NCBI GenBank assembly: GCA_024408085.1
Contig: JAKSVH010000006.1
Span: 4,740-68,739 of the forward strand
Reading direction: 5' to 3'
Source: Bacilli bacterium
Lineage (GTDB): Bacteria > Bacillota_I > Bacilli_A > RFN20 > CAG-826
DNA length: 64,000 nt
Shown here one piece after another: positions 18,216 to 25,236 of the stretch. The notes beneath the pieces are model-generated. The model did not search any database and was not told the DNA's origin. It was given only the letters and a program-made list of their open reading frames with translations. Made by a program: the position numbers and the translations under genes. Every line of letters begins with the position of its first letter. Position 1 is the stretch's first letter.

Positions 18216-18920
18216 ATGATAGGGATAGTTATTGGATTCATTGTTTTATCTTTGGTAAGTGGGGTCTTGTGTTTTTTAACAACCTCAAATTTATACTTTG
18301 CGATAGGAATCTTTTTGATTTTTATCCTATATTTCTTTATCTTCCAGTATAAGAAATTTAACAAATACTATTCATTAGTAAGAAGAGTCCATTCCTGTTA
18401 CTTTTTTATCAACTCATTTGTGGTCACTTTGTCTGTAAAAGAGTCTTATGAAGAAGGGTTCAAAAGTGGTTTGAGAGTCCAAGATTCTAAGTTGCATTTT
18501 TATGCAAATGAATTAAGTGAATTAAATGATTACGAGAAAGTGAAGTACTTAAGAAATTATTTTCAGTTAGCAATATATAAAATGTTCCTGAATGTTCTAG
18601 AAATTTACCAGGATCAAGGAGGAAATATTTTGAATATGTCCGATAATCTCATCCGAGAGTGTACAAGAACAGAAAAAACACTCTTAGATTCATACAATTT
18701 AGGTATCAAGCATTTAATAGAATTTATTGTTCTTTGGGCATTATCGTTTGGCGTTTTGTTGTTTCTAAAATTTGGCATTGGCGATTTCTACAATAAGATG
18801 TTAAATAATCCTATTTTTGCGCCTCTAATTTTGGCCTTCTTTTTAATCTTCTTGTTATCTATTCATTTTTTCTTAAAATCTTTTACCAATTTGTCAGTAA
18901 AGGAGGATGTTGTTGAATGA
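18216..18920 (+). CDS. TadB-like inner-membrane platform protein (T2SSF-like, half-size)
   Basis: GGAGG RBS is present. TM segments lie at both ends around a cytoplasmic helical domain (YFQLAIYKMFLNVLEIYQDQGGNILNMSDNL), as in T2SSF/TadB. Confidence 0.5.
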   Translation: MIGIVIGFIVLSLVSGVLCFLTTSNLYFAIGIFLIFILYFFIFQYKKFNKYYSLVRRVHSCYFFINSFVVTLSVKESYEEGFKSGLRVQDSKLHFYANELSELNDYEKVKYLRNYFQLAIYKMFLNVLEIYQDQGGNILNMSDNLIRECTRTEKTLLDSYNLGIKHLIEFIVLWALSFGVLLFLKFGIGDFYNKMLNNPIFAPLILAFFLIFLLSIHFFLKSFTNLSVKEDVVE

Positions 18921-19585
18921 AAAAAATAATTAGTCAAATTAAACGTTTGGGCTTATCAGTTAAGAAAGAATTTATTATTTTTGGCATTATCAATTTTCTA
19001 TTAATTGCCGGTTCGATTTGTTTAGGAATATTCGAGAAAAAGGGGGTATTTTTCGCATTTGGTCCAGGATTTGCAGTGGTTTTTTCAATTCTGTATTTGT
19101 CACGATACGGTACTTTGATAAACAAAATTAATAGTGATAACTTAATTGAATTTTCTGAACTGTTTGGGTTCTTTAGAATTTATATTAAGAATGGTTATAA
19201 CGTCTACAATTCACTCAAGGAAATTTCGTATTTCGCGAACGAAAAATTGAAAGAATTATTAACAAAATTATTAGCTGAAATTGATAGTGATAAATCTGTT
19301 CAACCGTTCATTAATTTTTCATCAAATTTTGACGAAATAATTGTTGAAGAATTGATGATTTCTATTTACCAAATGATTGATGAAGGCGAACAGTCAAATT
19401 ATCTCTCTCAATTTGAATTAATTTTTGATAAATTTTCTGAGGCTTTAACTCAAAAGGAATTGAAGAAAAAGGACTCAAAATTAGGAACTCTTTCTAGCGC
19501 TCCATTAATTGGTTCTTCTTTTTTAATTATTGTTATTACCGTTGGTATTATTGGCCTGATTGGAGACATCATCAATGGGATATAA
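18917..19585 (+). CDS. TadC-like inner-membrane platform protein (T2SSF-like, half-size)
   Basis: AAGGAGG RBS and an ATGA overlap are present. The central segment IKNGYNVYNSLKEIS...LLAEIDSDKSVQPFINFSSNF....IYQMIDEGEQ fits the T2SSF pattern. It has a C-terminal TM segment. Confidence 0.55.
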   Translation: MKKIISQIKRLGLSVKKEFIIFGIINFLLIAGSICLGIFEKKGVFFAFGPGFAVVFSILYLSRYGTLINKINSDNLIEFSELFGFFRIYIKNGYNVYNSLKEISYFANEKLKELLTKLLAEIDSDKSVQPFINFSSNFDEIIVEELMISIYQMIDEGEQSNYLSQFELIFDKFSEALTQKELKKKDSKLGTLSSAPLIGSSFLIIVITVGIIGLIGDIINGI

Positions 19586-19916
19586 ATTAGGCTTTATTTT
19601 GTCGTTATTATTAGTTGTAGAATTGTTCATTTTGGCAGGAGATCTTTTCTCTGCCCAAGTGATATATACCAATTTAGATGCTGTTAGTATTACAGCGGGG
19701 AACATTATTTCTTCAAAGGGAGGTATAACAAATGAAGTTAGAACATTTGTTGCCAACAATACCGGAGGCGAAATAATCGCAGTTGGAGATGACGCTCCAT
19801 TATTTGGATCAGTTTATACTTTCAAAATCTTCAAAAGCTATCAACCTATGAATTTCTTTATTGGCGAATCGGAAATTTCTGTAGTCCGCAGTGTCGTAAT
19901 TGGCTATTACAATTAG
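19575..19916 (+). CDS. TadE-like pseudopilin candidate
   Basis: The ATG at 19575 has a GGAGA RBS (the track start 19560 is TTG). The N-terminus MGYKLGFILSLLLVVELFILAGDLF resembles the TadE hydrophobic/VE(F/L) segment. The protein is 113 aa. Confidence 0.4.
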   Translation: MGYKLGFILSLLLVVELFILAGDLFSAQVIYTNLDAVSITAGNIISSKGGITNEVRTFVANNTGGEIIAVGDDAPLFGSVYTFKIFKSYQPMNFFIGESEISVVRSVVIGYYN

Positions 19917-19929
19917 AAAGGAGTTTATT

Positions 19930-20133
19930 ATGTCTGAAGTAAAAGGTACTTTACTAACCATCATTCTTGTATTAGCTGTATTTGCATCAATATTTACCAT
20001 TGTAACTCTTGCTATCGAAAGAAAAGCAAATGATGTTTCAAGTAAAATTGAACATGCAGGTGAGCCAACTGCGCAAGCTGCTCAACCAGCAGCTGGTGCT
20101 GCCGCAGCTAATTCATTAGTTTATCATTATTAA
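19930..20133 (+). CDS. Flp-like mini-pilin candidate (67 aa)
   Basis: AAAGGAG RBS is present. A short charged leader MSEVKG precedes a 23-residue hydrophobic helix TLLTIILVLAVFASIFTIVTLAI and an A/Q/P-rich tail. Size and architecture match Flp pilins, but the E-Y residues of the Flp motif are absent. Confidence 0.4.
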   Translation: MSEVKGTLLTIILVLAVFASIFTIVTLAIERKANDVSSKIEHAGEPTAQAAQPAAGAAAANSLVYHY

Positions 20134-20146
20134 GATAATGTATAAG

Positions 20147-20167
20147 GGAGGCTCTGCCTCCTTTTTT
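20147..20167 (+). terminator. Intrinsic terminator ending the pilus-like operon
   Basis: GGAGGC-TCT-GCCTCC is followed by TTTTTT. Confidence 0.75.
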
Positions 20168-20236
20168 CTACAACTTTATAAAATACTTTATTTTTATATG
20201 CTATGTGATACAATAATCACACGTTGAGGTAAATTT

Positions 20237-20461
20237 ATGGATAAACTTGCTGAAATTAAAGAGCGTCTTGCAAAAGCTGCTCACAAAGATTCAATTGACG
20301 ATTCTATGAAGTTAAGAGAACTCGGTATTGATTCTCTTGATATTGTCGAACTTCTTTTACAACTTGAAGATGACTATGGTGTTCACTTCAATGACATGGA
20401 TATGTCAAATCTTGTTACAGTAAAAGATTTACTCGACGTAATCGCAAAACAATTAAAATAA
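20237..20461 (+). CDS. acpP: Acyl carrier protein
   Basis: The protein is 74 aa with the phosphopantetheine attachment motif LGIDSLDIVELL. Confidence 0.75.
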   Translation: MDKLAEIKERLAKAAHKDSIDDSMKLRELGIDSLDIVELLLQLEDDYGVHFNDMDMSNLVTVKDLLDVIAKQLK

Positions 20462-20511
20462 TTAATTTCTAGTTGTTTTTAATAATAGTATTTGATACTA
20501 TTTAATGCGTC

Positions 20512-20586
20512 GCCCACTTAGCTCAGCGGTAGAGCTATCGGCTGTTAACCGATCGGTCTGCGGTTCGAATCCGTAAGTGGGCGCCA
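20512..20586 (+). tRNA. tRNA-Asn (anticodon GTT)
   Basis: Acceptor is GCCCACT...AGTGGGC-G-CCA, the anticodon arm is ATCGG-CTGTTAA-CCGAT and the T-loop is TTCGAAT. Confidence 0.9.
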
Positions 20587-20591
20587 CTTCT

Positions 20592-20668
20592 GGCCCGTTG
20601 GAGAAGCGGCTTAACTCATATGCCTTTCACGCATACATTCATGGGTTCGAATCCCGTACGGGTCACCA
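20592..20668 (+). tRNA. tRNA-Glu (anticodon TTC)
   Basis: Acceptor is GGCCCGT...ACGGGTC-A-CCA, the anticodon arm is TATGC-CTTTCAC-GCATA and the T-loop is TTCGAAT. Confidence 0.9.
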
Positions 20669-20754
20669 GATTAAAAAATTGATGCTACGGCATCTTTTTT
20701 TTATTGCTAATACACATAAACGCACGATAAATATGGAAGAATTTCACAAGAAAC

Positions 20755-20783
20755 TTGAGAAATACTTCCAACGTGCGTATAAT
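20755..20783 (+). promoter_or_regulatory. Sigma-70-type promoter for the trk/ktr operon
   Basis: TTGAGA (20755-20760), a 17-nt spacer and TATAAT (20778-20783) lie upstream of the GGAGG RBS at 20801 and the ATG at 20811. Confidence 0.5.
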
Positions 20784-20810
20784 ATGCTCGCGAGTTTGAA
20801 GGAGGATTTT

Positions 20811-21239
20811 ATGAAGAAAACATCAATCCTTAAAAACAAAACATTAGTTATTGGCTGTGGTTCACTTGGGGCGACAATTGCTAATAAATGTTCACAAGAA
20901 GGCAAAAACATCATGGTCGTTGACACAGATGCTAAATCTTTTGAACGTTTATCAGATCGTTTTAGTGGATACACATTTGTTGGTGACGTTACTGATCTCT
21001 CTACTTTAGAGGAAGCATACATCACAACAGCAAAAGAAATTATTATTACAACTGGTGACGATAACACCAATTTATTTGTCGCGCACATTGCACGCGTTAT
21101 TTATAATGTTCCACAAATTTATGTTCGTTTATCTGACCCAGATTCAGAAATTTTATTAAAAGGTATGGATATTAAATCCATATTCCCACTTGAATTATCA
21201 TTTGATAAGTTCAATTTAATGAGAGGAGGCCGCAAATAA
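20811..21239 (+). CDS. TrkA-N (RCK N-terminal, NAD-binding) domain protein of K+ uptake system
   Basis: The start was trimmed to the ATG with a GGAGG RBS, because the track ORF start 20577 lies inside tRNA genes. It has the Rossmann motif VIGCGSLGATIA and is 142 aa. Confidence 0.7.
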   Translation: MKKTSILKNKTLVIGCGSLGATIANKCSQEGKNIMVVDTDAKSFERLSDRFSGYTFVGDVTDLSTLEEAYITTAKEIIITTGDDNTNLFVAHIARVIYNVPQIYVRLSDPDSEILLKGMDIKSIFPLELSFDKFNLMRGGRK

Positions 21240-21904
21240 TGAAAATCGTTATTGCAGGTGGTTCTAATACCGCAGACTACATTATTAAAAACTTTAAAGG
21301 CCATTCTCATCAATTGACTATTATTAACTTTGATAGAGAGGCTGCAAATTATTTAGCAAAATCATCCAAGTTACCAGTTTTCTATGGAGATCCGACTAAA
21401 CCATATTGTTTAAAGGATGCTCACATTGAAGGCTCTGACATCTTTATTGCTTTAGGCAATAGAGATTGTGATAACTATGTTTCTTGTTTGCTTGCCAAAA
21501 AGATATTCAACGTAAAAAAATGTATTTGTATCGTTTCAAACCCAAAGAATGTTGAAGTTTTTAAAAGATTAGGCATTGATTCCGTAATTTCTTCAACTGA
21601 ACAACTCGTCCAATCAATTCTTTCTGAGTCATCTCTTGAATCATTTATTAAGACAATGTCTTTAGAGGATGAAAAAATCGTTTTGACTGAAATTATTATT
21701 AAATCAACATACTATATCGCTCATAAACACATTATGGACATTAATTTTCCAAAAACTGGCTCTATTGCCTGTATTTATCGCAGACCACGTGTAATTATTC
21801 CGAATGGTTCTACATTAATTTTACCTAAGGACAAATTAATTGTTCTTTCGACACCAAATGATCAAAAGGATATTATTTCTTTTGTTCAAAGAGATAAAAA
21901 ATAA
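21239..21904 (+). CDS. K+ uptake regulatory subunit TrkA/KtrA (RCK N + C domains)
   Basis: N-terminus is MKIVIAGGSNTADY (Rossmann-like). At 221 aa it is typical of KtrA. It has TAATG coupling on both sides. Confidence 0.7.
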   Translation: MKIVIAGGSNTADYIIKNFKGHSHQLTIINFDREAANYLAKSSKLPVFYGDPTKPYCLKDAHIEGSDIFIALGNRDCDNYVSCLLAKKIFNVKKCICIVSNPKNVEVFKRLGIDSVISSTEQLVQSILSESSLESFIKTMSLEDEKIVLTEIIIKSTYYIAHKHIMDINFPKTGSIACIYRRPRVIIPNGSTLILPKDKLIVLSTPNDQKDIISFVQRDKK

Positions 21905-23397
21905 TGAAAAAAATTGCATCTGGTTATAGGCTAATATTTGGATATTTAGGACTTTTCCTTATTTTTGTAGGGCTGACAGTTCTTTTTCCATTAATCTTTT
22001 TTATTTTCTATCCAGAAGAGATTTCATCATGGTACTGTTTTGTGATTCCTGGGGTTTCCGCATTAGCAGTTGGAATTACTTTATTTTTGTTGATTGCTAA
22101 ACGTGAACACGCAAAACTTCAGAAGCATCAAGACGCAATTCTGATAGTATTAATTTGGCTTGTTGCTATTCTTGTTTCTGCTGTTCCTTTTATATTAAAA
22201 GGAGATCTTGATTTTACTAAATCAATTTTTGAAACAACATCTGCATATGGAACAGTTGGATTAACGGTTTACAACGATGCATGTTATGCCTCGCATGTCT
22301 TTACTCTTTATAGAGCAATCCTTTGTTTTGTTGGTGGTATTGGCTTAGTTCTCATTGTTACATCTGCTATTTCTGATAGATATGGAATTAAACTCTATAT
22401 TGCTGAAGGGCACAACGATAAACTTATGCCAAATTTAGCTGCATCAGCAAGATTAATTCTTTCCATTTACTTTGTAATTATTGCTCTTGGTGTTGGTGCT
22501 TATTGCTTAGCAGGAATGAGCCCGTATGATGCAATAGTTCATTCAATTAGTGCAACATCAACTAGTGGTTTTTCTTCAAGACCAGAAGGAATATTGGCAT
22601 TTGAAACAACCACAAATTATGGTGCAGTGCAACTCATTACAGTTTTCTTGATGCTTGCTGGCTCATTAAACTTCTTATTACATTTATTACTTATTACTGG
22701 AAAGTTTAAAAAATTTTTTAAAGATTGTGAGTTGAAATTTTTCTTAATTCTTTTCGTCTTATTTGTACCATTAGTTTGGTTATCAGCTTATGCTAATAAT
22801 AATTGGACTAATGGGCTTGACTGTTTAAGAACGTCTGCATTTACATTCATTTCTGGTATTACAACAACTGGATTTACAAATGCATCAAGCATGATTTCAC
22901 TTGGCCAAGCTGCTATTTTAATTTTTGTTGTAACAAATATTATAGGCGGTGGTATGGGTTCAACTGCAGGTGGTGTTAAGCAATACAGAATTATTCTTGT
23001 TTTCAAACACTTTTATTGGTCTGTTGTTGAAAGACTTTCACCATCAAATATGATTTATACCCATTATGTGTATAGATTAGGAAAAGAAAAGACAATCGAT
23101 GATCAAGAAGTTTCTGAAGCTTCAGGTTATTTGCTTCTTTATATTTCAGTTTTGTTCTTTGGAACAATAATTATGTCTATAGTTGGATCAGGACAATTTG
23201 ATTTCGGAAGTGCTTTATTTGAATTTTCAAATGCCATTTCTGGTACTGGTTTTACAAACGGAATTACAGCTACTTGCAGTGCTGGAATTCATTGGATTTT
23301 GATTGTGGGAATGTTCCTTGGCCGTTTAGAAATATTGGCTATATTCTTTGCATTATATAGAGTCGGAAGAGATATATTGAGAAAGGAGACTCGTTAA
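21904..23397 (+). CDS. K+ transporter membrane subunit TrkH/KtrB family
   Basis: The 497-aa polytopic protein has repeated selectivity-filter-like segments (TSAYGTVGL, SATSTSGFS, GITTTGFT, NAISGTGFT), each containing the conserved Gly. Confidence 0.8.
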   Translation: MKKIASGYRLIFGYLGLFLIFVGLTVLFPLIFFIFYPEEISSWYCFVIPGVSALAVGITLFLLIAKREHAKLQKHQDAILIVLIWLVAILVSAVPFILKGDLDFTKSIFETTSAYGTVGLTVYNDACYASHVFTLYRAILCFVGGIGLVLIVTSAISDRYGIKLYIAEGHNDKLMPNLAASARLILSIYFVIIALGVGAYCLAGMSPYDAIVHSISATSTSGFSSRPEGILAFETTTNYGAVQLITVFLMLAGSLNFLLHLLLITGKFKKFFKDCELKFFLILFVLFVPLVWLSAYANNNWTNGLDCLRTSAFTFISGITTTGFTNASSMISLGQAAILIFVVTNIIGGGMGSTAGGVKQYRIILVFKHFYWSVVERLSPSNMIYTHYVYRLGKEKTIDDQEVSEASGYLLLYISVLFFGTIIMSIVGSGQFDFGSALFEFSNAISGTGFTNGITATCSAGIHWILIVGMFLGRLEILAIFFALYRVGRDILRKETR

Positions 23398-23398
23398 T

Positions 23399-23821
23399 AT
23401 GTTAATAGACGAATTACAAAAAGCTAATATTGAGGCTTTAAAAAGTGGCAATAAGGTAGCAAGAGCTATTCTCTCTGTCGTAATCGCTAAATATAAAGCC
23501 AGTGCTATTGAACTTAAAGCATCAGGAAAAGAAGCAACAGATGCTGATATGGTAAAGATTATTACCAAATCAATTAAAGAACTTGATGAAGAAAAAGAAG
23601 GCTATGCAAAAGTTGGAAGAAATGAAGAAGTTTCAGCCATAGATTCTCAAAAAGCATTAATTGAAAAATATCTTCCAAAACTTATGTCTGAAGATGAAAT
23701 TAGAAACATTATTGCTTCACTAGAAGACAAATCAATGCCATCTGTTATGAAACATTTTAAAATGAACTACGATGGACAAGTTGATATGTCAGTAGTTTCA
23801 AAAATCGCAAGAGGACAATAA
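23399..23821 (+). CDS. GatB/YqeY domain protein
   Basis: N-terminus MLIDELQKANIEALKSGNKVARAILSVVIAKYK, a length of 140 aa and the overall pattern are typical of the YqeY family. Confidence 0.75.
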   Translation: MLIDELQKANIEALKSGNKVARAILSVVIAKYKASAIELKASGKEATDADMVKIITKSIKELDEEKEGYAKVGRNEEVSAIDSQKALIEKYLPKLMSEDEIRNIIASLEDKSMPSVMKHFKMNYDGQVDMSVVSKIARGQ

Positions 23822-23869
23822 TTTCTCTTGAGAAATAGTTTGTAATTAATTATAATTATCAAGCACTAC

Positions 23870-23943
23870 AGGAGTGTCGTACAATGGTAGTACAACGGTC
23901 TCCAAAACCGCTAACGCGGGTTCGATTCCTGTCACTCCTGCCA
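23870..23943 (+). tRNA. tRNA-Trp (anticodon CCA)
   Basis: Acceptor is AGGAGTG...CACTCCT-G-CCA, the anticodon loop is CTCCAAA and the T-loop is TTCGATT. Confidence 0.9.
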
Positions 23944-24089
23944 TTTACAAAAAATAAGTAACGTAAGAAAGCGTTACTTTTTCTTTAATTTATAAGGTTT
24001 CTAAGCTGTTTTTTGCATATTTTTGAATGTCAATCATGCTGATATGCCAAAGTATTTTCAGGATGATTTAAAGAAGCTTGCAAAACTAA

Positions 24090-24386
24090 CAAGAAAAGCT
24101 TCAAAATGTCAAAAAGTTAACAAAAACTCATTTAAAACGTGGCAAAAAGTTAAAAGAACTAGAAATAACTCAATCAATGTCAAGAAAAGGAAATTGTCTT
24201 GACAATTCACCAATTGAAAACTTCTTTGGCAGATTAAAAGAAGAAATGTTTTATGATTGAGAGAAGTCATATAAAAATATGAATCAATTAAAAGCTACAA
24301 TCAAAGAATATATTGAATATTGGAACAATTATAGAATAGTGATGCGATTAAAAATGAGTCCATACCAATATAAAAATATTTACTAA
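24090..24386 (+). mobile_element. IS3-family transposase (OrfB) C-terminal remnant, with in-frame TGA
   Basis: Translation gives ...[77 protein letters not shown]. It matches the conserved IS3/IS150 C-terminus (SRKGNC.DN...E.FFG.LK.E). There is no upstream DDE core, and TGA sits at 24258-24260. Confidence 0.7.
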
Positions 24387-24520
24387 ATATAAACAGTGTA
24401 GTTTAATATGTGTAGGTTCAAATCCACAGTCAAAATTTGTGGGGGAACGTCAAACTAATTAAACAATACAGCGCCTATGCGTGGAAACGTGACTAAAATT
24501 GAACTAGTAGGAACAAAAAG

Positions 24521-25222
24521 ATGAAGATAAAATCGGTGATTTTTATATCATTTATATCATTGTTTACTTTATGCGGTTGTAGTAACCAATCTCATAAAAC
24601 TTATAATGTAAAATTTGAGGGTGATCAAACTATTAACCACTTAAAGTATTTAGGTAAAAATACCGCATCTAGTGATGATGATTTTACGATGTCTTTTGCA
24701 ATTGATTACAATTATGAGTTATTAATTGATAACATTAATGTTTCTATTAACGGCATACAGAATGATGATTGTTGGTCATTTTTGTATCAGACAAATGTTA
24801 AAAATATTTTTACTATAAATAAAAATTTCATTAATGGAGATTTATCTATTAATGCTTTTGCAACTTATAGAACCTCAACCCCAAGTGAATACGGATATAT
24901 TTTTGATGATGAAATCACAAACATTTGTGATTGTAGGTTCTCTGATGATAGACAACCAAAATTTATCCCAACTTTAGATCAAGTTGCTTATCCAGTTATG
25001 GAGGATGATCCTATTGAGGTAATAATTACTTTAAAAGATGGAATTCTTTATGAAGGTGACGCTAAAAGAATAATGGACAATATTTGGTTTAGGACTAATG
25101 CCAGATACACATTATTAGGAGAAGATTTTTTCAAAACTTATAGTAATGATTTTAGAGAATGCCGCATTCGCGTTCCTCATTATATAATAAGAGATCATGG
25201 GTCTTTTAAAGTGAAAAGTTGA
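24521..25222 (+). CDS. Lipoprotein, unknown function
   Basis: Signal peptide with lipobox is SLFTLCGCS. The gene is AT-rich and its stop overlaps the next ORF. Confidence 0.55.
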   Translation: MKIKSVIFISFISLFTLCGCSNQSHKTYNVKFEGDQTINHLKYLGKNTASSDDDFTMSFAIDYNYELLIDNINVSINGIQNDDCWSFLYQTNVKNIFTINKNFINGDLSINAFATYRTSTPSEYGYIFDDEITNICDCRFSDDRQPKFIPTLDQVAYPVMEDDPIEVIITLKDGILYEGDAKRIMDNIWFRTNARYTLLGEDFFKTYSNDFRECRIRVPHYIIRDHGSFKVKS

Positions 25223-25236
25223 AAAGAGAATTAAAA

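Noticed and set aside
20577-20810. The N-terminal 78 codons of the track ORF 20577-21239 (MGATSGPLEKRLNSYAFHAY...).
   Set aside because: This stretch overlaps tRNA-Asn and tRNA-Glu and a terminator. A TTGAGA-17-TATAAT promoter and a GGAGG RBS support the start at 20811. The same logic was applied to track start 32598, which overlaps tRNA-Arg.
23990-24089. A possible OrfA or upstream transposase coding segment ([20 protein letters not shown]...) of the IS remnant.
   Set aside because: The segment is short, in a different frame and has no recognisable HTH or DDE motif. I cannot distinguish it from random AT-rich sequence.
24387-24450. A tRNA-like T-arm sequence (AGGTTCAAATCC) downstream of the IS3 remnant, as a possible tRNA fragment or att site.
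   Set aside because: The flanking bases do not pair into a T-stem or acceptor stem. I found no convincing similarity to the 3-prime ends of tRNA-Trp or other tRNAs in the window. It may be part of the decayed IS end.
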